Under the pieces are notes generated by a model. The model ran no database searches. It was not told the DNA's origin and worked only from the letters and a program-made list of their open reading frames with translations. A stretch of 64,000 bases of DNA from Harriotta raleighana (taxonomy: Eukaryota). The stretch lies in contig JBNZDD010013732.1 of the NCBI GenBank assembly GCA_050575255.1, positions 8,338,990 to 8,402,989 of the forward strand. The letters are read 5' to 3'. A program made the translations under genes and the position numbers. Position 1 is the first letter of the stretch, and the number at the start of each line of letters is the position of its first letter. This document shows positions 12,271 through 25,755 of this stretch, in pieces.

Positions 12271-13873
12271 ATAAGGGTTAATAGCCATGTATCACAAAGC
12301 ATTCCATTATCTTAATGGCTATTAACCCCTCTATTTTCATTCAAATCCTAAATTTATGTTCCCTTTTTATTGTGCAATAGGAATAATCTTTCAGCAGCCA
12401 GAATAATTTTTCAAGAGACGATCAATGCTCCAAATTGACTTTGACAGAGAATGGAAGAATATTGTTCAAGAGAGCCAAAATGAGTTGAACGTTGCTTTCA
12501 TAGTTGTTTTCTTAGTAACTGGTTGCACCCCACCCCCATTAATGAGAATGCTTTCTCAGAAATTAGAAAATAAGACTTCCATTGCTCTTGTAAGACTTTG
12601 ATTGGAGCTTTGGAACTGTAAAAAGAAAAAGGAAGAGGGGAAGAAAACATTTTTTCACTGTGATTAATTCTCAGTTTCTGTTCACCCGAATCGGCCTTTC
12701 CAAAACATTGACAAAATGCATTTAGAGCTAATTAATGCAAGAGATGAAGAAGAATGGTAGGTCCCACCTCTTCATTTCAGGTGCCTTTTGGTTTTGTTGT
12801 TCAAGCCCCTCCGCTGTGGAATGTGTTGGTGAATTAGCTGGGAGAAATAAATTATGTGACCTTAACCCTTCCTAATCTTGGCTGATGTACTGCTTCATTT
12901 CATACTTCCAGCTGTTATCAGTGTCTGCCAATTCCCTTCCCTGCCTATTCACAGACTAACCAACCATGCAAGAAAACTTAATTGACATTGAGAGATCAAT
13001 ACACTTTTCAGGATATTTTGAACCTCTGAACTCTATCAATGATCCACTTTGTTAGGATTCTACTTTCTGATGTACAACATTTATACCCTTTGATGTAACT
13101 TGCATTGTTTGAGGTTCCCTCACAGATAGGCAAATTATGGAAACCCTTTTCTACAGAATGATTGTGGCCTAAACAATGATTTAGAACAACCTTTTGCGGA
13201 TGTATTGTTCCTTTTATATTGATGGAAATAACATAGAAATGAAGGCCTTCTTGGAAAACAAACTACATTATTTGACGATATACCATGGTGTAAGGCAACA
13301 TGAGCATTCACCTACAAATTACACAGTCAGTTCACAATAAAATTCTGTGAAGTGCCTTGAAATGTCCACTTGAATATATTTTAAATAAATTGTCCACGAC
13401 ACAATGCTTATCAGAAATGATAGGAATAATGATAATTCTTGTGTTTGATATAGGACCTTATCACGTTTTCAAGAGTGTCAAAGGTCTTCACAGAATATAC
13501 TGTAAAGTGGATTGACTGTATTTTGTGGGAAAAAATTAAAACCACAAAATTTAAATAATTATATTGTGTAACTAAAGCCTGTATATAAAATACACTTTTA
13601 CATAAAAAGTCAATCAAATGTAAGCTTTATTCACAATGCTCTTCATGTTGGGTCAGATTCCAGACAGAATTTTTACTTTAAGCTTTTTCAAACTGATTAT
13701 TTTTCTATTTCAGATGATGGTTTGTGAAGAACATGATTCAGTTTCAAACATTAAATTGTGATATTAGATTTTTTTTGAAATGCCATCTTTGTGGCACACT
13801 TTCCTCAGTTCACAGTTCATCTCAAGAGAGAAGAGTTAATGTTCAGCCCTTTCATAGGAGCAGTGGTTCTTGT

Positions 13874-13919
13874 GCAATGCAGTCCTGGATGTTAAAGCAA
13901 TGCGGTCCTGGATGTTAAA
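13874..13919. repeat. Tandem duplication, 2 x 23 bp
   Basis: gcaatgcagtcctggatgttaaa followed by gcaatgcggtcctggatgttaaa (1 mismatch). Confidence 0.95.
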
Positions 13920-16355
13920 GCGAAGGAGCATTAACAACTCTCCCCTCACCCCCCTTCCTCTCTCTCTCTCCCTCCTTTCAGTTCAGACACTTCTACACCT
14001 CATTTCTTGTCCACCGAGCAGTAATATACACAGCACAAATAGGTGTAATCCACATAATAAAACAGCAAATGAAAGGGTTTTGTGGGGAAACAAAGAGTAA
14101 TGTGCTCTGGTTTTTAAATGGGAAAATGTAGGGCTTTCAGAATGAAAACATGCTGATTACTGTATTGTAAGTGGCTTTTGGTTCTACTGGTTGGATTAAT
14201 CTCCCTGAAGAGTCCAGAGCACAACAGCAGCCCTGTCCTCTACCACTGAAGATTCAACCTCCAAGAGACTTGTTCCAGGAGCTGCCGGATTAAACTGCTT
14301 CCAATCAGCATGTTGAGAAAAAGAAAAAAAAACTGCTTCATTGAATTTGTAAGAGAGAAAACCAGTCAACCCTAGCCTTGTGACTGTCCTGCAGCTTTCT
14401 TGTAGAAAATGTTAAGTTCATGATTTGTTGTGCAAAGCAATGTGAGGCTTCTGAACAAAGCTACCAACTGTTACTCGTTGGAGATGGGGGAAGGGGATAC
14501 ACGTTTCCTAAAAACTATTAGAGAATGAGGTTTTCTGATATTTTCTGAGATGATGTCTTGAATGTGGAGTCTCCTTTAGCTCATTCAGATTCTAATCTCT
14601 TAGAACGGTCACCTTCCCCCTCCCCCTGGCATGGCCTCGGGCTCTGCCACTGTGAAACCCTCTGAGATGCCGGGTTTGGAGGACACTATAGAAATGCAAG
14701 TTATTGTTGTAATCTTAAATCATCTGCAGTTTGGATTGAAAATGGTGTGAAAATACATTTGCCACACCATTGGTAAAGTTTTACTTTTTTGACTCCCAAT
14801 TTTTTCACCCGCAGAAGATGTTCCGGTACAGTTCCTCTGGGTTCCTTTGGGTACCCCAAATTGTATATATGAGCCAGACAGTGTCACAGCAGTTGACAGA
14901 CTTCACAGTCATCTTCAATATTCTCCACACGGTGTATACATGCACACTTTCCAGGTCATTTTTAGCTGCAATCTGGCTAATTACTATATCCCTCCTTTCT
15001 TATTTTATTTTTAAAAAGTGTTAATTTCTAAGCAGAAGACTTTGAAACAATTATAAAGTAATGTGAAGAAATGCAGTTCTTCATTTTTAACATTCTCACA
15101 CACTGGGATGAGGTCTCATATTCTATCTCGACAACCAAATCATTTGCCCTTAGAACGTTTGACTGATGTGAGAAATTAACAAATCGTCCTTTTTGTTATC
15201 GATAACAATAAATACTCAATCCGCCGTCAATCACAGCCAAGAACCTGCATGTTTTGCACTGAGGTAGATCCTTTGCTCAGCAGGGCAGCTTCCCAGGAAG
15301 AGAGAAAGCGGGATTTCAGTAAGAAACCATAGCAGAAAATATTTATGAGTCCATTTACTTCAGCAGAACATTTATATATTCATCCTAATATTGGTTCACC
15401 AGTCATGTTTCAGGTGTAAAGCTGGTTTGGAAAGACAATCATTTACAAACGCAAATCTGTATTTCCATGGCAGGCAATGAATTGTTGGATTCCTGGAATC
15501 AGTGTGCGTTCCCACAAACTTCTGCTCATATCCGGATTCTGCTTTCAAATTTATGAGGCAAGATATGTCATCCTGGTGTACAATCAGCCTCAAGGAGGTA
15601 ACTAAGGCCCAAATTGGGGTGCAACTTAGTCTTTCACATTTCTATGATCAGAAAGATTCCCATTACAGTATTTGGGAAACAGTGAGTATGCCCTTGAGCA
15701 ATAGTGATTCTCTTTATAACAGTGAACCTGGTTGGATTGTGAGAAATGTTGAAGAAAATGAGTAAGTACTGTAATTGGTACCAATAACTTTGGTGGCTAC
15801 TAAAGAAAGTCCTCCAAACATATGAAAGTGACATGACCTGGAACCAAGTCCTGACCCAGCACTGCTGTCCAAGGTTCTGATCCGTGTGAACATTAAGGAC
15901 TACATAGTTAGCATTTGAATGAAACTGTACAGTGCAATGCTTGACTGGCTGAACTGAATTGTTTGATGTGACATAAACATGAAGCATGCTTACTTTCAGA
16001 ATTTGAAGTTTGTGATGTGACAGCTTGTTGTGCAGCAGTTTGTGGGAGGGGCGGGGGGTGGGGTTGGGGGAAGGAGGCTCATGTCCCAAGACAGTCCCTA
16101 AAGATTAATTTACCAACCTTTCTGTAAAGGGCTTTGAGACATCTTGATGATGTGATTAGGCGCTGTATCAAATACAAGGAATATTAAAACATTGGTTGGG
16201 ACACCATAGCTACTGAACTCAGGCTGAGAAGAAAAATAAACATTCCCAGGGCCAATCTCCTGGCAATCTCCGAGCTGGCATTGACAAAGATTATACAGAA
16301 AGTTACTTCCTCCTTGCCCTTAGAGCAGGGAATGATAAAGGGGGAAGCACTTTAT

Positions 16356-16395
16356 CAAAGCAACATTTAAAAAAACAAAGCAACATTTAAAAAAA
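16356..16395. repeat. Tandem duplication, 2 x 20 bp
   Basis: caaagcaacatttaaaaaaa occurs twice in tandem. Confidence 0.9.
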
Positions 16396-16564
16396 TTTGA
16401 AAGTGATTTTTTTTGCAGAAAATAAAACTATACAAGAAATTCAGAATGAATGTTTATCCTTTCCTAGCCTGGGAGCACTAAATCCATTTGTGGTGTTCCC
16501 TGCTATCAAGTGCTCACTCAGGATCAAAGATCAAAACAATATCATTAATCTGTGTGGCCCAATA

Positions 16565-17345
16565 CACAGAACATTACAGCATGGAAACAAGCCATTCAGT
16601 CCAACTAGTCCAGGGGTGTTTAAACACCATGTGAGCCTTCACCCCTTTTGTTTACCTCTCTTTGACCCCTCTATTCCTTCTCACTCACGTATGCCTCAAG
16701 TTTCCTCTTAAATCTGTTAAGGTTTCATGTCTATGACCTTTCGTCATAGACCTGAAATGTAAACTAATTTTCCTCTCTCCAGGGATGCTGCCTGACCTGC
16801 TGCATATCTGCAGCGACTTCTGTGTTTATACCAGATTTCCAGCATCTGCAATACTTTGCTTTTTCATCTTAAATCTGTTGATCCCTTGTGTTTCAACCAC
16901 AGCTAACAGCAGTGAATTCCACTTTCTCATCACCCTCTGCAAAGAATAAATTCCCTTTTAGATCTGCTACTGGCTATCTTATATTTAATCCCTTTTGATT
17001 GAATTTACCAACAAATGGAAACAGCCTATTAACATCCCCTTATCAAAGCGAATTGGGATGACCTCCCGATGTGAAAGATGGGATATAAACGTAAATTTGT
17101 ATTCTAAATCTTTTCATAATCTTAAACACCCATATCAGGTCATATTAATTGTATCTTCTCCAGAGAGAGAAGCTGCAACTTGCCCAATCTTTCTTGACAG
17201 CTGTATCCACTTCTCCCAAGAAACATACTTGTAAATCTATGCTGTAGTCTCCCCAATGCTATAATATCTTTAGTGCAATAAGCCAACCAGTACTGAACAC
17301 GGGACTCCAAATGTTGCCCAACCAAAGTTTCATATAAATTTTACA
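16565..17345 (-). mobile_element. CR1 LINE 3' fragment, degenerate, with nested insert
   Basis: QHLESRVQYWLAYCTKDIIALGRLQHRFT resembles the CR1 LEYCVQFWSP...LERVQRRFT motif; CR1-type 3' UTR end near 16565. Confidence 0.75.
16719..16866 (+). mobile_element. Short Penelope-like insert flanked by a 13-bp target-site duplication
   Basis: TCTTAAATCTGTT at 16706-16718 and 16867-16879; a palindrome at the 5' end, then gatgctgcctgacctgctg...ccagatttccagcatctgca. The Penelope assignment is from memory. Confidence 0.65.
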
Positions 17346-18019
17346 ATATTTTGGATTTGCAGATGATTTGTGTATGCTCCATTTTCCTGCTTTTGTTTTT
17401 AAGGAATAGGTTGAGCCAGGCATTTGACATTGTAGTGCCAATAGACCATCTCTCAATAACATTTGTCTCAATTTTGCGTTTGATTCCCTGTTTTTAGAGA
17501 ATCTACTTTTTTTTTAAACTAAGCTATAAAAAAATTTCCATGTGCATCTGCTTCAAAATATGGCTGAGAGAAGAAGAGATTTCAATGGTTTGCATGAGTA
17601 CCTAGCACTGATTTTGATTCAGAATGTAGCACTGTAACAAGAACCTCACACAACTGAAATAAATACTTAAAAGTATACTAAATTTAAAAATAACATTGAC
17701 TCTCACTAGTTCAGTGGATAATTCAACTCTACAAGAGCCCTTATTCATTCCCAGATCCTCTGAGGTTGCTGATCTCAGTTGGTGCAGCATCGAAGGCCCT
17801 GCATTTAGATTCAGAGTCTTGCTTTTTTTTTGTGGGGTGGGGGATGCAGCCGGTCAGCCGTTTGCTGAAACCCATTACCATGTTTAAGAGTGTCCAAACC
17901 AAGCTGAGATTTCCCACCTACATGTGGAAATTCAATAAATAGATTGTCGGAATGGAATGCACACTGTTTCGCTGGAGGGGCGCCTCTTTTTTACCTAATT
18001 TCGTAAAGTATTATTCTTG

Positions 18020-18895
18020 AATCATAGAATCATACATCTCAGAAGGAGGCCATTTGGCCCATCGTGTCTGCGCCGGCACCAAAAATAGCAATCCAACTCA
18101 ATCCCACTGGACCGTTTTCTTTCCAAAGCCCTGCAATCTTGTCTTCCCCAAATACCCATCTACTTCTCTCTTAAAAGTTTTTATTGAATCAGCTTCCATT
18201 ACCCTTTCAGGTAATGCATTCCTGATCCACACAAGTTTCTGGGTGAAAAATTATTTCCTAACCTTCCCTTTGCTTCTTTTAACACCTATCTTAAATCGGT
18301 GACCTCCAGTTACTGGTAACAGGTAACAATTTGGTAACAGTTTTTCCCGATTCAACCAATCAAATCCCCTCATGGATCATTGAAAACCTCTATTAAGCTT
18401 CTCTGTTCTAGGGAATATAATCCTAGTTTGGCTAACTTCTCCTCATAACTAAGGTCTTTCATTCCTGGAACCATTCTGGTAAATCTCCTTTGTACCCTCT
18501 CCAATGCATTAACATCTTTCCTAAAGTGTGGTGCCCAGAACTGAACACAGTACTCCCAACTAAGGGCTAACCAGCATTTTATAAATATTCATTATAAGCT
18601 CCTGATTTCTATTTTATATGCGATTTATAAATCCTAGTATCCTGTATGCTTTTTTAACAGCTTTATCTACCTGTCCTGCCACCTTTAGAGATTTGCTTAT
18701 ATGGACCCCCAGGTCTCTCGGTACATTTACCCCCTTTAAAATTGGACCATCTAGCTTATACTGCCTCTCCTCATTCTTCCTAGCAAAATGCAACACTTTG
18801 TATTTCTCCACATTGAACCTCATCTGCTACATTTCTGCCCATTTTACCAATCTGTCTAAGATCATTTGGAGTCTGGTGTTATCCTCATATTAGGT
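18020..18895 (-). mobile_element. CR1 LINE 3' fragment
   Basis: MRFNVEKYKVLHF...PRDLGVHISKSLKVAGQVDKAVKKAYRILGFINR; 3' end with the short tandem (plus strand gaatcatagaatcata) at about 18020. Confidence 0.9.
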
Positions 18896-19039
18896 GTAGG
18901 TTGGCTTGGGGACCCCAGAGTGTGTGATGGGGCATTACTGGAGACTAACCAGCTAACACCGCACAGCTTGCCATTCATATTGCTGTCCAGCATGCCTTCC
19001 CGCTGCTTGTCCAGCTCAGATCATCCTACTCAATAGGGC

Positions 19040-19330
19040 TTAGTCTTGTTTGGTTATCAGGGGCCCGTTAATAGGAGTCTGTCCTTCCAGGTCCTGCTAA
19101 TGAGCCAGGCTACCTGTGCTGTCATCAACAGTGCCCTGAAATACTGCAGACCCACCTGGCTCAGGAACCAGAGTAGAGAGGGCTGGTTTGATTCTGATAT
19201 TCTGTTTCCAAACATGTTACCATGGAAGTCTCCTGTAGCCGGTTCAGCTCCAAGGAGACCTCCCTGGTCACATGTATGTCTTAACACATGCAGAAAACTA
19301 TCACCCTGGTTAAGAATAACCAAACCATAA
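19040..19330 (+). mobile_element. Possible old Vingi/Ingi-like LINE fragment
   Basis: SALKYCRPTWLRN weakly resembles the SxAEYCxPVW motif of these LINEs; no other support. Confidence 0.25.
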
Positions 19331-22300
19331 TGAGAGCTCCACATAGCTATGCCATTTGCACATGGTCATTTTCCTGTGTTTGGAATGAAACGTGCACTCT
19401 CTCTCTGCTTACGTATTTACAAAGAATATTTGGCACAGGTTAGCAAGAACTATTGCATAGCAGAGTATGCACTGAGGTATTGCTGAAGTTCAACCAGCTA
19501 ATATTGAAGGCACTGTCTGGCAAGCTTCTCGCTGCTTATCCAACTAGGCCCACCCTACCCATTAGAGCTTTGGCAGGCAGGGTTAACACTGAGAATAATT
19601 CCTGCTCCTAGTCTCTCGAAGACCTGCTAATATGCCAGGTTGGTTTGTTATCACCAATGCTCATAGGCCCACCTGGCTCAAAAATTGAATTGCAAGACTG
19701 CTGTAAGACTGGGTTAGTTCATTTCTGTTGCCAAAGATGTCAGCCTGCAGCCAGCTCAGCACTAAGCACGTAGCTCTGCCCCCACCCTACCAAGAAGGAC
19801 AGTAACCTGGGGCCTGAGTTGGGAAGAGGAGAAATCAATCAGGTTCTGCATTTGTGGTACCCCTGCATCAAATCCCTAATTTCTCCCACCACTACAGGTA
19901 TGAATATGCATTTGCTTGACTCAGGAATAGCCTGATCTGAAATGCCCATCTCTTACCAACCACCTTTCAAATAGTCTTCATGGTCAAGGTTGAATCAATC
20001 AATCAATCAAAATTACATTTATGTAGCGCCTTTCATGTCAGGAAGACGACCCAAGGAGCTGTACAGTCAAGTAGGGATCAGAGAAGTGGGGGGAGGGGGA
20101 GGGGGAAAGGAAAGGATGAAAAATTGTCTGTGTATTTGTGAGCGAAAACGTGGCAGCCAAATTGCGCACAGCAGAGTTCCATAAACAGTCATGGAAGTGG
20201 GGTTTGGGGAGAAAGGGGGGAAAGATGGCAAGGGAGGGGTAATGGTAGGGGAAGGAGAACAGGAAAAAACGACCGTATATTTGTGGGCGAAAATCATGAG
20301 TACTAGAGGATCAGCAATGTTGGGAAAGTACTCCAGTAGAAGGGGAACATGTCTTCAAGGATGAAGGAGAGGGAAGAAAATTGTTGGGGACTTTTTTCAT
20401 TACTAAACATTTTGTGTGCATTTCCCATTTTTGCTTCCCCAAATTTATCTTACTTTCTTTACCTCAAGCTAGAGTATCCCACTCCTCCCCCCACCCCCAC
20501 CCCACCACCCCTATCTCACCCCCTGGCTCAGCGTCATACTCTGCCAATGTTAAGCACTCCGGGACACTACTGCACGAAAAGGGCTCTATTTAAATGCAAG
20601 TTGTGGTTGTATAAATAGACTTTGGGCGACTTGCCCTTACACCATTTAAGTAGGATACACAGCATGTTGGCTGCCAAATCATGATTAAAACACAAAATGC
20701 TTGAGTGAGAACTGTGGACGGCACAGTAAAGGTGATTTTGTCAAATTTCTCAAGCACTACAACAAATTATCTGTTTGGCTATTTCATCGTGTGGCTGTTG
20801 CTTGTGGAACTCTTTGATCTTTGCGTTTTTTGTTTGGTTTAGTCATGATAAGTTTGTATGATTGTTCTTGGATTTACAGAACAAAGGACTTATACCTGAA
20901 ACTATTTGTGACAGCTTTTATAGGGCAATAATGTGACCTATCTATGATTAATAGAGCTGTTCCGAAACAGTCAAAGTGTACTGGAGCTTGTGAGGCTTTG
21001 TGATTAATAACAGCAACAACCCCCCACCCTCCACCACCTCCCACTCCCCCCCACCTCCCAGAAACCCACACACACTTGTATTTTCCTTCAAGTGACCCTA
21101 GGAAGTACAATATTGTAGTCAAAGTAATTGGTGTACTTAACATTGTCAAAAATAAGCTATGTTACCTATGAATTACAGCAGCCTATCAAGAGTAGCATAG
21201 TGCATGATCATAATATGCAAAATCTTATCCAAGGAAAAGCAACATCCATGCCAAATGGCTCCAACTCCAGACCATGTTGTGATGCTGGAATGAAAAAAAA
21301 GCTTGTATGGAAGTGTTTGAATGAAGTTGACTTGTGCATTAATAACTTGGCTCAACTTTCCAACATGGGCCCATAAGAAACCAATGGGATGTCATATGTT
21401 TTGTTCCTTTCTAAAGCTACTGTTATGTTGAGTCTGAAGTTCCCACACAGGATGTAAACAGTGGGAACAGTGGAGTGGGAATAAAAGACCAATGTTTCTG
21501 CAACCCACACCTGCTGGTTGGATTTTGATTCTCTCGCTTCTGCCCCCCCCACCCCCACCCCCACTACCCCACTAAAAAAAGAAAGTTAGAGTTTTGCAGT
21601 CTAAACACCTCCATGTTCATAAGTGAACACAATTCTGAGTGTGTTATATTCAGTGATTTGTATTTCCCAGTCAAGCTATTATGATGCCTGAAAAACAGGT
21701 GCATGCATTATATGAGTCTTATTTTGTAACTGGCACAATGTTCTGCCCTTGTGAACTCCCCTTTGGTTTTCCTTCCCCCTCAATTTTTGTTATGAATGAT
21801 AGCTTTTCACCACCATGGGAACAGATTGAAGGAGAAACACTGCTGGTGGGTAGTGTTCAAATCTTGCATATTTTGTTCCCTTAAACCGCTTTTTGAAAAT
21901 AATTCTTCTACAGCAGGTAAGACTGAAGCTAACACTTTTCTTCTTTACATGGCATTTGTTTATTTTACCCTGACATTTAAAAAAATAATTAAATTATTTA
22001 TTGGAGCCTGATTCACACACGGTAATGCTCACAATAAGCCAGAATCTTGAAACGAGTCTTACTGTTTCCTTAGCAAGTTTTATTTGTGAGAGCACTGTGC
22101 TGGCTGGTAGCAGTAGATCTAAGTGCCAGCATAGATTTAATAGATTGAAGTAGCACAGAAGGGGGTATGTTGATTTATGCAAGGTACTGATCTATTGGTT
22201 CTCAGAAACAATGGCAGGAACAAGAGCTGAAGGAGAACACTGCAGTGGAATAATGTCCTTAATCTAGTTAACATCACAGGGATGGAATTTATGCTTAAAC

Positions 22301-23396
22301 TTAATTTGAAATACTCAGTGAGTAACAGCTGGAAAGCACATTCATTTCTGCATTTCTTGTTCTTCTTTTCTCCTCTCTGCCTGAGTCTGTTGTTTCCTAA
22401 CTTACATTACCACAAGTGTGCTCTTCAGGGAGTTTAAACTCTTTACTGGTAGTTGAAGAGTGTACTTGAAGCCTGCCTTGGAGGAAGCTGGCAGCAACTG
22501 AATCAGTCTATCTGTGTGAAAAGTAAACAATTGAACTGCTCCCAGCCAAACACCAAGGGCCATCTTAAGAAGACAGGGAAATAGAAACTTGCAATTAATC
22601 TCTTGCCACATAACAACTTTGGTCGTTTCATATATTGGTGCTACTAAACCATGATCTAATGAGGTTGAAGTATCCACTGAGATCGAATTGATGTCGTGGC
22701 TGCTAAATCAGCTTTTTCATACTAACTTTTGCTTGAGGACCAAAATTCCAATTGATGTTTATTTTGCAGGCCCCTCACCGTGGAATGTTGGGAACGTGGA
22801 TCTGCTGCTGTGCCTCCACACAGAGTAACTTCTTGATTTCAGTGACCGCAGTGCGGGCTGTAGCTGAGTCAAGGCCAGGACAATCAGTTCTGTAACCTTG
22901 ATTGGGCTATTTGACAAGCTCTGTGTCCGCTGGAGAGCAGGAAAAGCCAATGGAACCCCAGCTCTGTCACCTCCAGCAGCAGCTGGACAGCAAGTGGTGG
23001 CTGAGAGGCACAAAGTATGCCAAGTCTTCTGGGGACCAAAGTTGAAAGAGAGAGAGTGGCCTTAGTCACATTGTTAGTACCATTGCCTAAGAAAAATAAA
23101 TATAAAGGCAATGGAAGTGCAGGCTGCTTTGAAGTTAAACTTCTTGGACTGCAGCGAAACTATTTTCTGATATATTTGCTCTCATTTGATCCGCGAATCA
23201 CCATTTGAAAGGAACTTTTCTCCCCTGCGGCTGCACATGCCATTTGCTGACCAAAACAGGTTGGAATGCTGTTGTCAAAGTCAGAGCTGAGCAATTTGAA
23301 CGACAAAATGTGGCTGGCTTGTGCTGTTGATTATCTCTTTCCTCCCCCCTAACCATTCTAAAATATTTGTTTTTAATGCAATAAAGCCTTGATGGA

Positions 23397-23466
23397 ACAA
23401 AAACAGAAGTGGCCAGGGCCTGTTTTTTTCCAGATTTTCCGCATCTGCAGTATATTGCAATTTGTT
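23397..23466 (+). mobile_element. 70-bp Penelope-like end flanked by a 17-bp target-site duplication
   Basis: AATAAAGCCTTGATGGA at 23380-23396 and 23467-23483; internal ccagattttccgcatctgcagtatattgc is homologous to the end of the 16719 insert. Confidence 0.65.
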
Positions 23467-25014
23467 AATAAAGCCTTGATGGAGCTGTATCTACTAGAGC
23501 AGATTTTAATCCAGAAGCCTTTTTTGTGTTCCTATTTTTCACCAAAATAAATCTATGTGAAAAGAGTGATAACAGCTAGTTAATGATTCTGGAAATGGAA
23601 TAATGGATTGTTGTTGGAGACCAGTTAAGTCTGCGTTTAAATTAGGCAGATAAATGTAGCTTACACTATGCCCCGAAACTCTGGAATAATCTTCCTCTAT
23701 CCTTCAGCCTTCCTTCCCAATTTTCAGATAACGCCTGAAGACCTTCCTCTTTGATTGTGCCTATGATCACACACACACCCATCCCCCCAGCTCGGCATCG
23801 TGCTCCACCTCTGTCAAGTGTTCTGGGGCAGTGTACAAATGCAAGTTGTTGTTATGATATCTGCAATTCGGTGTTAGGATACAGTGAAGTACTGATCGGA
23901 TCACCAGAGTCCGTTTTGCTCCAAAATTGGTATGAGCTCTCTTTGTTGACAGTATGGCCACCATTGCATGGCAATGTGAATAGGGTATACCCAGCGACCT
24001 GCAGACCCGGTGAAGAGCCATGAAGGTATTGCGCAATGCGAAAAGAGTGCTGGCCTCTTGTATCGCAAGCACACATTCATGGGTTTGGAAACAGCTGATG
24101 TGATAGTCAAATCTTTTTAGTCAGAGCAAATTGAACAATATTGCTTCCTTGTTTAAAAGGACACCCTATTTTGTTGGTCACTCTTAGGTCATGACCAACA
24201 AAAAGAGAAGCCAATGGAATGTGGTCTCACAAAGGTCTGGCCAGAAGAACAGTATAGTAGGGTATAATTCAGCTATTTTCATCTGTTGCCCAGTTATTTG
24301 TATTTACATGGTACAGTAAGTTTAAGTCAGCACCTAAAGATACTGGTGACATTTGTGACCTGAGCTTCTCCAGGAACTCTCTGAGCAGAACTCATTGTGT
24401 GGGAGCCCACACATGCGGTGCAATGGTTAAGGATAGGATGACTCATCAGACGTAATAAATACTTTTTCCAATTAAACGAGCACTGAAACTTTTGTTTATG
24501 AAGTTGCCAGCTATTCAGAGAACAATAAGTTTGTAAATCTTTCTTTAAGGGCATTAAAGAAGGCTTCAATAAATATCTTTTTTTTCAATCAACCCTGGAT
24601 CAGATTGAATTGCATTCAGCGTTTGTGTGAAAGCATGCAGCCATGTAGTTATTACATGAATTCAGTCTATTTAATACAATAGAATTTCCATGGCTTCACA
24701 AATTGTTTACAAATTCAAATTGCTGTGGCTCCTCTGATGGGTTGTGGTGTTTACTTGGCAAGCAGCTGAGTCACATAGGCTGGGGAGGTCTGGGTTTGAT
24801 CCCCAAGCCGGGTTGCATTAGAGAAATGTCAGCCAAACTACTATAGTCCATGCGCTGGTTGACGTTCGTGGGGCCGTTAAAAAGTAGCTCCCTGAACATT
24901 TACAGTATTCTAGGTAAGTTCATGTTTGATCAGTAGTGTGTTTCCAGATTTTCTTGATTGAATATTTCCTGCATCCTGCCCAAACTGCCATTCCTCGTAT
25001 GATTGAACCTGGAA

Positions 25015-25140
25015 AATAATAATAATCCTTGTATTTGATATAGCGCTTTGCTCGTCTTCTAGACGTCTCAAAGCGCTTCACAGAATATATTGTAAAGTGA
25101 ATTGACTCTGTATTTGTGGCCGAAACACAGCAGCAATATG
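25015..25140 (-). mobile_element. SINE 3' fragment
   Basis: aataataatccttgtatttgatatagcgc...gacgtctcaaagcgcttcacagaatatattgtaaagtgaattgact, the shared SINE tail. Confidence 0.85.
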
Positions 25141-25584
25141 GATATTGAGGTCTTCACATTTTGTTTGGCATGCAGATTAGAAGAAAGAGGGGAGGAATGA
25201 ATATTCTTATGTTTATTTACACACTCCAGAGTCATGAAAGAAATATTAATTTTGTTTCTCTTTCACATGCTGGTCAATCTTTCGTGCATTTATAGAATAG
25301 GCTGTACTTATTTCACATTTACAATAATTAGTTTTTAGTCCCCCAAATTCAGTGAAATTGATATCTCAAAATTTAATTCATATTAATGGGTAATATCATG
25401 GGTACAGATCAGTGAATCTTCCACATGAATGTTATACGCTCATGAAATTCTGCCTTTTTATATCAGTCACTGTGGCTTCAAAGCTGAAGAAATATCAATG
25501 CTTGTCCTGCTGAAATTACTCCAAATATACATGATAAACAAGTGGCTGGCCAAGAAACTCGAAAGAGATTTCGAGTTGCACATA

Positions 25585-25755
25585 AATAATAATAATAATA
25601 ATCCTTGCATTAGATGTAGTGATTTTCACATTTTCTAGATGTCTCAAAGCGCTTCACAGAATATATTCTAAAGTAAGTTGACTGCATATATGTGGGCGAA
25701 AACGTGGCGGCCAATTGAGCACAACAATGTCCCACAAACAGCCATGGATTAAGTG
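25585..25755 (-). mobile_element. SINE 3' fragment
   Basis: (aat)n-ccttgcatt...tctcaaagcgcttcacagaata...gtcccacaaacagcc, the shared SINE tail. Confidence 0.85.

Noticed and set aside
15634-16089. 151-aa minus-strand ORF
   Set aside because: No recognisable domain, non-ATG start and noise-like composition.
13874-16395. Short direct repeats as CRISPR-like or functional arrays
   Set aside because: Only two adjacent units each with no spacers; ordinary slippage duplications in eukaryotic DNA.
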